A DNA stretch of 64,000 nt from an uncultured Gemmatimonadales bacterium (GTDB lineage Bacteria; Gemmatimonadota; Gemmatimonadetes; Gemmatimonadales; GWC2-71-9): positions 96,001 through 160,000 of the forward strand of contig CAVSQW010000012.1 of NCBI GenBank assembly GCA_963730185.1. The letters run 5' to 3'. A program made the translations under genes and the position numbers. This document shows, in pieces, positions 22,566 through 31,907 of the stretch (position 1 is the stretch's first letter; every line of letters begins with the position of its first letter). The notes under the pieces are model-generated. The model was not told where the DNA came from. It saw only the letters and a program-made list of their open reading frames with translations, and searched no databases.

Positions 22566-22997
22566 TCAGCTCCGCGAGAGCGCCGAGTCCCGGTCCAAGC
22601 CGTACTTACGAATCTTCGCAAGCAAGGTGGAGCGGGCGATGCCGAGCAGGTGGGCCGCGTTGCGCCGGTTACCGCGCGTGTGGCGCAGCATCGCCCCGAT
22701 GTGCCGCTTCTCCACGGCCTCGAGCGACTCAGGCTGGCCGCCGGCCCCGGAGAGCACGGCCCGGAGCTGATCCCAGTCGAGGCCGGGCAAGCTCGGATCG
22801 ATCAGGACGGCATCGATGGCCGGCGACGCCAGCGCCGCGCTGGCGCCCTCAGCGGTCTCCTGGACCACGGGCTGATGTCCCTGGCTCCGGATCGCGTCCG
22901 CGAGCGATTCGATGACCGGAGCCCGGGCGCTGGCGATCAGCACGTTGAGCCGCCGGCCCGTCGTAACCTCCGGGATGGTTGAACCAATCATGAGCAT
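22566..22997 (-). CDS. Fis-type HTH protein with degenerate receiver-like N-terminus
   Basis: SLEAVEKRHI..L..TRGNRRNAAHLLGIARSTLLAKIRKYGL; IDAVLIDPSLPGLD REC remnant; no AAA+ domain. Confidence 0.85.
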   Translation of the reverse strand: MLMIGSTIPEVTTGRRLNVLIASARAPVIESLADAIRSQGHQPVVQETAEGASAALASPAIDAVLIDPSLPGLDWDQLRAVLSGAGGQPESLEAVEKRHIGAMLRHTRGNRRNAAHLLGIARSTLLAKIRKYGLDRDSALSRS

Positions 22998-23139
22998 AAT
23001 CCTCGAAGCCGGGGTGGATCGCAATGCCGGGACCCCACTGGCGCCCGGGATGTGACGAATGCTGGTCGATGTAACTTATGACGTTCGAGGCGGGGTGATC
23101 TTGTACGCGCCAGGTTGAGCGTCAGGATTCTAGACTGAC

Positions 23140-23186
23140 AAAAAAGTGAACGGCCGCACAGGCTTGTGACCTGTCGCGGCCGCTCA
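23140..23186 (-). terminator. Intrinsic terminator
   Basis: Minus strand TGAGCGGCCGCGACAGG-tcacaag-CCTGTGCGGCCGTTCA-C-TTTTTT: long GC stem with a G-U pair, followed by U6. Confidence 0.85.
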
Positions 23187-23570
23187 GCGGACGGACTACC
23201 CGAAGTCGGGGCTTTCACCGCCGTTCTTCTTCCTGCCGCCGCCTCGAAGCTGATCCGCTCCGGAGGTAGGGCACAGGAGCTTCGGGATTCGATTCCCAGG
23301 CCGGAGGGCCTCCCCCACCTGGTTCATCCATCCCGGCGCTGCGAGTCGGATCGGGTCGCGGACCGACCCTTCGCACTGCACCCCGAGGCGCCAGATCGGG
23401 GCGGGTGAAGCACGCGACCGGCTTCACCAACTCGACCGGAGTGATCACCGGGATCGACGGTCCCCCCACGAACGGGTTCGACTGGGGTCCCTCCCCCGAC
23501 TGTTCGATCGAGCCGCATCTCGCGGTTCGCGTCGTGGCCGGAAAGCCACGACCCTGCCACGCGACGCCCT
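23140..23570 (-). ncRNA. Candidate large structured non-coding RNA (~430 nt), family not recognised
   Basis: Promoter upstream, terminator downstream, at least 9 consecutive hairpins with minus-strand G-U pairs, no credible ORF. Confidence 0.6.
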
Positions 23571-23573
23571 TCC

Positions 23574-23601
23574 AAGCTAGGGGCTTCCGAAAACTCCGCA
23601 A
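23574..23601 (-). promoter_or_regulatory. Sigma70-like promoter for the candidate ncRNA
   Basis: TTGCGG (23601-23596), 16-nt spacer, TAGCTT (23579-23574). Confidence 0.55.
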
Positions 23602-23703
23602 GCGCCTTTGTTTCTTCGGGTTACGTCATTCGATGTGCTTCGGTCAGGAGCCCGGAATGACCCCGCCGACACGGGCTTACGACGCTTCACCACGCCGTGT
23701 GGA

Positions 23704-23719
23704 AATGTGTATCCACATT
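23704..23719. promoter_or_regulatory. Palindromic putative transcription-factor site
   Basis: AATGTG-tatc-CACATT, an AT-rich perfect inverted repeat in a GC-rich background. Confidence 0.45.
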
Positions 23720-23776
23720 GCCAGTGGAGAACTTCCTGCTGGGAGGGAGAAACCGCGGTCCCGTGAGCTGCGGCGG

Positions 23777-24391
23777 TCAGCTCTCGAGGCCGACTTCGAC
23801 GTACCGGTAGGACGCTTCCTCGTCCTTCGGGGCGAAGAGCGCACCCGCCGCCGTGGCGGCGAACCACCCTCCCACCCAGGGCCGGGGCGCATCGAGCTGC
23901 TCGACGATCGCCCGAAACCATCGGTGGATGTGCCGCACCTCCGGCGCCCGTCGTCCCAGCAAGGCCAGCAGGGCCCCAGCCCCGGAAGTGGCCCGAAGGA
24001 AGTGCGCCAGGGCATGGGCTCGCTGCGAAAACTCGACCGCCTTGACCCCCGGCTCGTCGAACAGCACCCGGCCCTCGAAAACATCCATCGGCGGGGCGTC
24101 GAGCCGGGGACCGAGATAGACGTAGTTCCGACCCTCCGGCGTCCGCCGCTCCACGACCGCCGCAGCCGTCTCGCTGGTGAGGCGAACCGCCTGCACCATG
24201 TCCTCGTCCTGGAGGATCCCCACGGCCTGGGTCCACTCCAGCGCCGCCAGGGCGGTCTCGATCGGGCAGCCCGTCGCGTCGTCGAAGGCGATCAATCGGG
24301 GGGCCTCGCCCGCCCGGAGCAGAAAATGGGACAGCCCCTCGGCTCGGTCCAGAAAGGTGCGAACGGCGAGGCTCCCAGGGGTCGGTGTCAT
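23777..24391 (-). CDS. Hypothetical protein (204 aa)
   Basis: Protein-like ORF with GC3-biased codons; internal repeat-like segments (RAEGLSHFLLRA / RAHALAHFLRA). Confidence 0.75.
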   Translation of the reverse strand: MTPTPGSLAVRTFLDRAEGLSHFLLRAGEAPRLIAFDDATGCPIETALAALEWTQAVGILQDEDMVQAVRLTSETAAAVVERRTPEGRNYVYLGPRLDAPPMDVFEGRVLFDEPGVKAVEFSQRAHALAHFLRATSGAGALLALLGRRAPEVRHIHRWFRAIVEQLDAPRPWVGGWFAATAAGALFAPKDEEASYRYVEVGLES

Positions 24392-24449
24392 TCCGCAATG
24401 ATAGACGCCGGGAAGCCGGCGCGCGAGTGGGCGGGGTCTCGAGTCGTTA

Positions 24450-24481
24450 TTGACAAACCCCTAACCGCCGGAGACTATATC
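24450..24481 (+). promoter_or_regulatory. Putative cspA promoter with a long 5' UTR
   Basis: Perfect TTGACA at 24450 with GACTAT/TATATC downstream; about 120 nt to the start codon. Confidence 0.5.
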
Positions 24482-24606
24482 GAAGCGAGCAAGCCTTTCC
24501 GTCTGAGCCCAAGCGCCCGCACCCGCGCGGCCAATCCGGCCCGGAGTCAGGTGTACTCCGGCCACGTTTCGAGCCCCTGGCTCCAACTCTGACGAGGTCG
24601 ACTGTG

Positions 24607-24816
24607 ATGGCCAAAGGCACCGTCAAGTGGTTCAACGATGCAAAGGGATTCGGCTTCATCTCTCAGGACGGCGGCAAGGACGTCTTCGTCCATCACACCG
24701 CGATCATGATGGACGGCTTTCGCTCCCTCGCCGAGGGCGACCAAGTGGAGTTCGAGGTGGTGGATGGTCCCAAGGGCGGGCAGGCGTCGCACGTCAAGCG
24801 ACTGCAGCTGAACTGA
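24607..24816 (+). CDS. cspA: Cold-shock protein
   Basis: [24 protein letters not shown] (RNP1 and RNP2). Confidence 0.97.
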   Translation: MAKGTVKWFNDAKGFGFISQDGGKDVFVHHTAIMMDGFRSLAEGDQVEFEVVDGPKGGQASHVKRLQLN

Positions 24817-24834
24817 CGGGGCGGGCCCGGCCCG

Positions 24835-25254
24835 CTACTTGGCGCGGCGGCGGCCCGCGGGCTTCTTGGCGGCCTTGACCGCCTTCTTGGCCCGGGAGGC
24901 CGGCTTGGCCTTGGCCTTGGGCTTGGTCGGCGCCTTGGCCTTGGCCTTGACCTTGGCCTTCGAGGCTCCGCTCTTCCTGGCTTTCTCGCGCTCCGCCGCC
25001 CGTTCGGCCCGCTTCTCGGCGGCCGCCTTGACCTCGGCGACTACCCGCTCGGTTTCTTCCTCGGCCATCAGGTTGCGCCGAACCGCGTAGTGGAGGACCT
25101 CCTCGGCGTCGGCGATCTGGAACTCGCCCATCCGGGCAGCGGCCTTGATGAGCCCCACGAAAGCATCAGCGACCGGGTTGCGCAGCACCGACGCGATCCC
25201 CGGCAGGGTTTCCAACAGCGACGTGATCTGGGTGCCGCCTAGCTCCGTAGCCAC
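24835..25254 (-). CDS. Hypothetical protein with histone H1-like Lys/Ala/Pro-rich tail
   Basis: Helical N-terminal domain plus KAKVKAKAKAPTKPKAKAKPASRAKKAVKAAKKPAGRRRAK. Confidence 0.8.
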   Translation of the reverse strand: MATELGGTQITSLLETLPGIASVLRNPVADAFVGLIKAAARMGEFQIADAEEVLHYAVRRNLMAEEETERVVAEVKAAAEKRAERAAEREKARKSGASKAKVKAKAKAPTKPKAKAKPASRAKKAVKAAKKPAGRRRAK

Positions 25255-25353
25255 GAGCCCTCCTTAGCCGACCGTCCCGTCCGATCGGGGGGGCAACGTA
25301 TCACGCGGGACGGCGCCCCGTCAAGAAACATCGTTAGGCGTGCCTGGGAGTAG

Positions 25354-26463
25354 TTAGAACGACTTCCGAAGAAACACCGAACCACCGATCCCCTTGATGC
25401 TCTGGCCCACCCCGGATACCTCGAGCCTCCCGGTGTCGATCCGGGCCGCCGGTGAGAGCGTCAGCCCTCCGCCCAGCTCCAGCCCCAGACCCACTTCACC
25501 ACCGCCCATCCAGCCCGTGGCCGGTCCCTGGCTGGTCCAGCGAGCTCCGAGCCCCAGCTGGACACTGACCCGCGGTCCCTGATCGATCCTGAGGATCGCA
25601 TCGCCGGCGGTCAGCTTCTCCGCGTTCGCGACCACGACGCCTACGGTATCGCCTTGGCTCCGCTGAAAATGCCACCCGCTCAAAGTCAGCAGGGCCCGCC
25701 GGCCCACCGGGGCCGTGACCGAAGCCTCGCCGATCCACCGGGGGCCCGGTTGATACAGTCCCTCGGCCGCCGTTCCCGACGAGTACTGGTCGGTGCCGAA
25801 GGTGCTGTAGGTGAAGCCGCCTTCGATCCGGGACCTGCCGATCGAGCGGTCCACCCCGACCCGGATCCGACCTTCGACCCCCGGCCGATAGCTCAACACT
25901 CCGGTCGGGTCGTCGAACGGGGTATACCGGCTGCTCACCCGCACGCTCCCCGCCAACCCGACGTTCCAAGCCCCGGCCGGCAGCGCCAGCGCCAGTCCGC
26001 TGGTGGCGGAGAACCCGCTCCCGTAGGCGTTGACCGGGAGGGCCAGAAAGCTCGAGGAGATCGCGCCCAGGACCGGAAAGTCGGCGAGGGTCAGCCGGTC
26101 CAGCCCGGTCGGGAGGTTGAGCATCACCGTGACGACCGCCAGGTCGCGGCCGAGCGTCAGGCTCCCCCGCACTTGGGTATCGGTCAACCCGGAGAGGGTC
26201 CGCTCGCCGCGAGGCCCGAGGGAGAGAGTGCTGGACGCGTACCCGCCGCCGATGTCGACCACGAACCGCCCGAGCGTCGCCACGGCGCCGAAGGGGACCA
26301 CCGACTGGCGGACCGTCGCCCCGGTGGAGTCGTCGCCGATCTTGAAGCGGCGGAACTCCGCCCCGGCGACGACGGCCGAGCTCCGCACGGGCGCTTGGGC
26401 GCGCACCGCCCCGGGCAGGGCCAGCCCTCCGGCCAGCGCCACGACCAGCCTTCGCCGGATCAC
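25354..26463 (-). CDS. Putative outer-membrane beta-barrel protein
   Basis: Signal peptide (VRA-Q), alternating amphipathic strands, C-terminal Phe (VFLRKSF). Confidence 0.7.
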   Translation of the reverse strand: MIRRRLVVALAGGLALPGAVRAQAPVRSSAVVAGAEFRRFKIGDDSTGATVRQSVVPFGAVATLGRFVVDIGGGYASSTLSLGPRGERTLSGLTDTQVRGSLTLGRDLAVVTVMLNLPTGLDRLTLADFPVLGAISSSFLALPVNAYGSGFSATSGLALALPAGAWNVGLAGSVRVSSRYTPFDDPTGVLSYRPGVEGRIRVGVDRSIGRSRIEGGFTYSTFGTDQYSSGTAAEGLYQPGPRWIGEASVTAPVGRRALLTLSGWHFQRSQGDTVGVVVANAEKLTAGDAILRIDQGPRVSVQLGLGARWTSQGPATGWMGGGEVGLGLELGGGLTLSPAARIDTGRLEVSGVGQSIKGIGGSVFLRKSF

Positions 26464-27788
26464 GGGCGGGGGATGGTGATGAGGATGTCGCCGAGCGCCC
26501 CGATCGTCGACGGGTCGTCCTGCCCCAAGGCCTCGCTCAGGCGCGACTTGACGAGCGGGCTCCGGCTCAGCATTCGCTGACCCAGCCGCCCGCCCAAACT
26601 CGGCGCGATGACCTGGAGCGCATCGCGAAGCGACTGGATCCGACCGATCCGGATGCCGTCGAGCCGGGGGATCTGTCCGGCGGCGATCCCGGCGAGAATT
26701 CGAGCCGGCTCACGCAGGGCGGCCGAGAACCGGATGGCGTCGCGGGCCCGGGCCCGGGCGGCACCGAACGACGGATCGCGGCGGGCGGCGGCGTCGAAGG
26801 CGGCGGCCGCCGCCGTGTAGTTGCCCCGGTCTTCGTCGAGCAGGCCCCGGCTGAAGGCCAGGAACGCCTGGAGATCCTGGGTCGGGCGCTCGGAGATCGC
26901 CTGGCGCTCCACCGGCGAGAGCGTGACGCCCAGCTGATCCAGCAGGGAAAACACCACGGTCTTTTCCATCGCGAACAGTTGGGCCAGCTGGTCGGTCGCG
27001 CTCCCGCTCGCCGCCACCGCCCCCGAGGTCGTCGTGACCGCGGAGGCATCGAGCCGGAGCCCGCGCTGGCCGCCGGCCTCTCGGAGGGTGCCCTCCACGA
27101 CCCGCGCCGCCCCGAGCAGCCGGCCGGATCGGGCGGCGGTCCGGGCATCGACGCGGGCGCCGTCCCCGAGCTTCAGCTCGTCGACCAGGGCCTGGACCCG
27201 CTCGCGCTCCAACAGGCGGAGCGAGCGCACTTGGGAAAGATCGGTGACGACCAGGTGCGCGAGCCCCCGTTCCAGTGGACGGAGCGAATCGGCGCTGCCG
27301 AGATACGTCCACGGCAACACCGCGATCGCGTTCGGGACGGGAGCCGCCCGGGACAGCTCCCGCTCGCGGGCGATCGCATCGCGCGCCGCCTGCGACAAGG
27401 CCTGTCGGGTCACCGCGATCCGCCGCGTCTCGAGCTCCCGCCGCTCGTCGCCGGAGCCGGCCAACGGCTCCGCTCGCTGATAGACGGCCAGGGCGCTGTC
27501 GAACCGCGCCAGTCCCTCGTAGCTCAGCCCCAGATAGGTGAGCATTGGAAAGGAGGGGTGGAGCGTCGCCCCGGCGGCGAGCACGTCGCGCGATCGCTCC
27601 AGCTGCCCGGCGCGGTAGTAGGCAACGCCCAAACGGAGCTCGAGCTGGGCGTCGTTGGGGTGCTGGGCGTGATCGGCTTCGAGAGCCGCGAGCTCCGAGG
27701 GAGACGGCGCGACGTCGGGCGGCCGGACGGCGGAGGCACAACCGACCAGCGGAAGGGCGAACCAGGAGAGGAGGATTTTCGATCGCAT
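26460..27788 (-). CDS. TPR + CsgG/HfaB-like lipoprotein
   Basis: Lipobox LVGC; TPRs; IAVLPW..GLAHLVVTDL..L.LLER..ELKL..AARSGRLLGA..V.G. Confidence 0.78.
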   Translation of the reverse strand: MRSKILLSWFALPLVGCASAVRPPDVAPSPSELAALEADHAQHPNDAQLELRLGVAYYRAGQLERSRDVLAAGATLHPSFPMLTYLGLSYEGLARFDSALAVYQRAEPLAGSGDERRELETRRIAVTRQALSQAARDAIARERELSRAAPVPNAIAVLPWTYLGSADSLRPLERGLAHLVVTDLSQVRSLRLLERERVQALVDELKLGDGARVDARTAARSGRLLGAARVVEGTLREAGGQRGLRLDASAVTTTSGAVAASGSATDQLAQLFAMEKTVVFSLLDQLGVTLSPVERQAISERPTQDLQAFLAFSRGLLDEDRGNYTAAAAAFDAAARRDPSFGAARARARDAIRFSAALREPARILAGIAAGQIPRLDGIRIGRIQSLRDALQVIAPSLGGRLGQRMLSRSPLVKSRLSEALGQDDPSTIGALGDILITIPRP

Positions 27789-27866
27789 GGGCGTAGGCGA
27801 CCGCGATCGGTCGAGTCCTCGGGAAGTTAGGCCGGCCGCCGGCCTGGTGAAAGGCCGTGCGAGACG

Positions 27867-28565
27867 CTATTGAGGCACCGTGAAGAGGCGGCCCCAGCGC
27901 ACGTTGGTGATAAAGGGCAGCGGCTTGTAGGTGTCGGGATTGTAGCTGAAATAGACCAGGAGCGGGCGACCCCGGACGTTGCCCCGGGGGAGAAAGCCCC
28001 AGTAACGGCCGTCGTACGATCCGTCCCGATTGTCTCCCATCATGAAGAAGGAGTCGGCCGGCACCACGATCGGGCCCCAATTGTTGGCATCCGGGTGGTA
28101 GCTCGCCGTGTCGCCGCCGAGGTAGTGGCCCAACTGCCAGCGCCGCATCTGGGCCCGACCGAGCGGATCGGCATTGGCCGTCGGGTCGGTGCGGATGACC
28201 CAGGGCTCCTTGGCCTGATGACCGTCACGGTAGAGCAGCCCGTTCTCCATCATCAGAGTGTCGCCGGGCACGCCGATCAGCCGCTTGACCACCTTGAGGC
28301 CCTTTTCCTCGACCGAGTCGAAGACCAGGATCTCGTTGCGGCGGGGCTCCCGAACGGCCGGCAGACGCTCGTGCACCAGCGGGATCTCGGCGCCGTAGAG
28401 CAGCTTGTTGACGAACAGGAAGTCGCCGATCAGCAGGGTGTTTTCCATGCTGCCCGACGGAATCCGGAACGCCTCGACCAGAAACGTCCGGAGGAAGAAC
28501 CAGACGATCAGCGCGACGACGATCGACTTGAGCCATTCCCAGAGCCAGCGGCCTGCGCGTGACAT
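27867..28565 (-). CDS. lepB: Signal peptidase I
   Basis: IPSGSMENTL (catalytic Ser), VVKRLIGVPGD (catalytic Lys), GDNRDGSYDGRYWG. Confidence 0.96.
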   Translation of the reverse strand: MSRAGRWLWEWLKSIVVALIVWFFLRTFLVEAFRIPSGSMENTLLIGDFLFVNKLLYGAEIPLVHERLPAVREPRRNEILVFDSVEEKGLKVVKRLIGVPGDTLMMENGLLYRDGHQAKEPWVIRTDPTANADPLGRAQMRRWQLGHYLGGDTASYHPDANNWGPIVVPADSFFMMGDNRDGSYDGRYWGFLPRGNVRGRPLLVYFSYNPDTYKPLPFITNVRWGRLFTVPQ

Positions 28566-28577
28566 GCGGTTCCCGTC

Positions 28578-29681
28578 CTACTCGACCCAGTCGGCGATGA
28601 AGAGGTTGGTCTCGTGGGGCGAGTTGCCGTGGCGGTTCGACGCCCACACCAGCTTCTTGCCGTCCGGGCTCCACATCGGGAAGCCGTCGAAGCCCTCGAA
28701 CGTGGTCACCCGCTCGAGGCCGGTGCCGTCGTCGTTGACCAGGTAGAGGTCGAACTTCCCGCTGTGCGGCTCGGGGTGGTTGCTCGAGAAGATGATCCGA
28801 TGCCCATCGGAGTTCCAGAACGGCGCGAAGTTGGCGCCGCCCAGGTGGGTGATCTGGTGGGGATCGCTGCCGTCGGCGTTGGCGACCCAGAGCTCCACCT
28901 TCGCGGGCCGGACCAGGCGCCGGGCCAGAAGCTGGAGGTAGTCGGCCGAGTCGGCCGCGGTGACCGGATACCCGGCCCGCCACACGATCCGGGTTCCGTC
29001 GGGAGAGAAGAACGCGCCCCCGTCATACCCGACCCGGTTAGTGATCCGCCGGACGTCGGTGCCATCGAGGTTCATCGTGTAGAGCTCGATGTCGCCGTCG
29101 CGGGTGCTGGTGAAGATGATCTTCTTCCCGTCGGGCGAGACCGTGGCTTCGGCGTCGTAGGCGCTGTCCGAGGTCAGCCGCTGGAGATCGGAGCCGTCAA
29201 GCTTGGAGGTGAAGATGTCGAAGTAGCCGAGCGGCCAGACGTAGCCCGCCGACTGGTCCGGCGGCGGTGGGCAGGCCGAATCGTGCTGAAAGCTGGAGCT
29301 GTAGAGTACCCGGGTGTCGTTGGCGTAGAAGTAGCCGCAGGTCGTGCGCCCCAGGCCGTTGGAGATCCGCCGCATGCCGGAGCCATCGACGTTCATGATG
29401 TACTCCTGATCGCACGCCGAATCCACCTTCTCCTGGCGCTGGAAGATCAGTTTGGTGCCCGAGCCAGAGAAATACGACTCGGCGTTGTTCCCGCTGAAGG
29501 TCATCTGCCGGATGTGCTCGAGGTGGGTCTCGCCCGAATCGGGGTCGACGAAGACCTGGCTCGCCGCGGAGCCGCCCGCGGTGTCGGCGACCGAGGAAGA
29601 GCCGGCATCGGAGCGCCCCGAGCCGCCGCAGCCGATCATCGCCGCGAGGCCGAGCACCGACGCCATCGAGAATGTACGCAT
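28578..29681 (-). CDS. TolB-like PD40 beta-propeller lipoprotein
   Basis: Lipobox MIGC; repeated (F/V/W)SPDG, YDAEA, YDGGAFF. Confidence 0.88.
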   Translation of the reverse strand: MRTFSMASVLGLAAMIGCGGSGRSDAGSSSVADTAGGSAASQVFVDPDSGETHLEHIRQMTFSGNNAESYFSGSGTKLIFQRQEKVDSACDQEYIMNVDGSGMRRISNGLGRTTCGYFYANDTRVLYSSSFQHDSACPPPPDQSAGYVWPLGYFDIFTSKLDGSDLQRLTSDSAYDAEATVSPDGKKIIFTSTRDGDIELYTMNLDGTDVRRITNRVGYDGGAFFSPDGTRIVWRAGYPVTAADSADYLQLLARRLVRPAKVELWVANADGSDPHQITHLGGANFAPFWNSDGHRIIFSSNHPEPHSGKFDLYLVNDDGTGLERVTTFEGFDGFPMWSPDGKKLVWASNRHGNSPHETNLFIADWVE

Positions 29682-29735
29682 GTATTTGACAACCCTGGCC
29701 GAGAGAAACCGGCCGCAATATAGAGGCATCGGCCG

Positions 29736-31907
29736 CTACGGCGCGACGACCTGGAAATGGGTGAGATGACCGGCGGGGCCACTCGCCTCGACGGAGACGA
29801 GGCCGGACGCCCCCGGCGTGAACCGGACCCGGGCCTGACCCTGGGCGTTGGTGGTGCTGGATGGCACGTCGAACGAGCCGCTGGGCGCGCTCCAGAACAC
29901 AGTGACGCCCGGGATCGGGTTCCCGAAGCCATCCACCACGAGGACGACGAGATCGGCGCCGAGCGGTGTTCCGACCGCGCCGCTCTGCCCGTCACCGGCG
30001 AAGGGATCGAGGTTGCTCACGCCGGCGGGCACGATGTCCCAGATGCCGACCGCCGCGACCCCGCTCACCGGCTCACTGACCCGTCCCACCTGGCGGCCGG
30101 CAACCGGCCCCGCCGTGTAGGTCTCGACCGACTGGCCGCTGCCGTTGGTCACGGCCGGCAGTGGGGCGAACAACCCGCCGCCCGTCGCGACCGACCAGGT
30201 CAGCGGGACGCCCGTCAACGGCCCGAAGTCGGAGTCGCTCAGGTCGGCAACCACCGATGACGGGAGCGGCTGCCCCACCACCCCGCTCTGGCTCGCGCCC
30301 GCGACCATCGCGATCCGCGTGTTCGGCGTCCCCTGCGAGATCGAGAAATCGGCGAAGGCGGTCGGCGTTCCCGAGACCACCACCCGGGCTACGCTGCTCC
30401 CGCCATTGACGTCCGGCTGGAAGGTCGCGCCGACCAGTCCTCCGGCACCCGAGGTCGAGCTGGCGCTCAGAAAGGCCCCGAACCCCGAGGGCAGTTGCCA
30501 CACGACGGGAACACCGGAGACCGGATTGCCGAACCCGTCGCGGACCTGGGCCAGGAGGCCGACCGTCGGCGCGCCCTCGGTGTCGCCGGAGCCGGCCAAC
30601 GGCACGACCGCGCCCGCCGGCCCCGGCCGGACCAGCGCGGCGAAGCGATACGCGAGAGTGGTGCCGGCCGCGGCCGCGGCCGCCAGGTTCGCGACGGGCA
30701 GCGAACCCGCCGTGAGCCGGGCCCGGGCAACCCCCTGCCCATCGGTGAGACCGGTCGAGGGCGTCACGCTGCCGCCACCCGCCACCGCCGACCATTGGAT
30801 CGTGACGCCCGGCACCGGATTGTCGAACTGGTCGAACGCCTGGACCGCGAAGAGCGTCCCCAAGGGCGTCCCGACCGTACCGGTCTGACCGGCCCCGGCC
30901 GCCGGACTCAGCCGGCTCACCAGCCCCGGGTCGGCGGTGAGATGGAACGTGGCCGTGTCAGCGAGCCCGGCGACCGTCGCGGTCACCGAAGCGGGGCCGG
31001 GCCGGATGCCCAGCGTGACCGGGAGTGAGGCGGTCCCGTCGACCTGGGTGGTGACCACCACGTCGGAGGGGGTGATGCCGGCGCCCGCCTGGAACCGGAC
31101 CGCCGCCCCGGGCACGCCACCACCATCGAGCGCCGCGACCCGGACCACGAGCGGCAGGGGAAGCGCGGCGCCCACGAAACCGTGCTGATTGTCGCCGCCC
31201 GTGATCGCGAAGGAGGTGGCCGGCGGCGCCACGAGGATGGTGGTGGTCGCGGACACGCCGGTCGGCGTCCGCGCCTCAATGGTCACCAGGGCGCGGTCGG
31301 ACGGGAGTGCGATCTGGCCGTCGAGGCCGACCGTGACCCGGGGATCGGACGAGCTCCAGCTGAGGTAGAAGGCCGGCACGGGGCTCCCCGAGGCATCGAA
31401 TCCCGCGGCGCTGAGCGTGAGGGTCGACCCCGGCGCGACGGTCGGGTCCTTCGGAGTGATCACCAGCGAGGCCACGTTCGCGCCGGGCCCGACGTACTGC
31501 AGCGGGATGGTCGGTCTGGCGGGCGAGCCGCCTCGCTCGGCGCTGACCTCCACGGGCGCGCTGCCGGCAAAGAGCAGCGTCGGACCGCCGAGCAGGGCGA
31601 GACTCACCTGGAGCCGCTCGACCCGGGACTCGAGCGGGACCCGGAGGGAGAGAGAGATCGAGGCGGCCGAGGCCGGAAACGCCACCGTCGTGTCGAGCAC
31701 CACCACGGTCCCGCGCTGCACCCGCACTCGGGCGGCGTCGACCACCAGGCCGGCGAACGTTCCCGCCGCGGCCGCCGGGTACTCGGGCACGACGGCAAGT
31801 TGGCCGACGAACGGCCCTTCGGTCGGAGCTCCGTCACCGGCGCACGCCAACGCACCCGCCAGCAGCGCCAGCGCCGGAACCGCGCGGGAACGGACCCGGA
31901 CCCTCAC
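29736..31907 (-). CDS. Ig-like (Big) repeat surface lipoprotein
   Basis: Lipobox ALAC; repeated GD.Q.G.VG.PL...V.D..GNPV.GV.V.W...T...G.A units. Confidence 0.82.
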   Translation of the reverse strand: MRVRVRSRAVPALALLAGALACAGDGAPTEGPFVGQLAVVPEYPAAAAGTFAGLVVDAARVRVQRGTVVVLDTTVAFPASAASISLSLRVPLESRVERLQVSLALLGGPTLLFAGSAPVEVSAERGGSPARPTIPLQYVGPGANVASLVITPKDPTVAPGSTLTLSAAGFDASGSPVPAFYLSWSSSDPRVTVGLDGQIALPSDRALVTIEARTPTGVSATTTILVAPPATSFAITGGDNQHGFVGAALPLPLVVRVAALDGGGVPGAAVRFQAGAGITPSDVVVTTQVDGTASLPVTLGIRPGPASVTATVAGLADTATFHLTADPGLVSRLSPAAGAGQTGTVGTPLGTLFAVQAFDQFDNPVPGVTIQWSAVAGGGSVTPSTGLTDGQGVARARLTAGSLPVANLAAAAAAGTTLAYRFAALVRPGPAGAVVPLAGSGDTEGAPTVGLLAQVRDGFGNPVSGVPVVWQLPSGFGAFLSASSTSGAGGLVGATFQPDVNGGSSVARVVVSGTPTAFADFSISQGTPNTRIAMVAGASQSGVVGQPLPSSVVADLSDSDFGPLTGVPLTWSVATGGGLFAPLPAVTNGSGQSVETYTAGPVAGRQVGRVSEPVSGVAAVGIWDIVPAGVSNLDPFAGDGQSGAVGTPLGADLVVLVVDGFGNPIPGVTVFWSAPSGSFDVPSSTTNAQGQARVRFTPGASGLVSVEASGPAGHLTHFQVVAP

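Noticed and set aside
23140..23570. Identity as RNase P RNA, tmRNA, SRP, 6S, or a cobalamin or c-di-AMP riboswitch
   Set aside because: Missing the diagnostic motifs (GAGGAAAGUCC/ACAGAA..GCUUA, tRNA-like ends, the SRP loop, CCCC.C.ACUGU, the ordered ydaO motifs); judged by eye only
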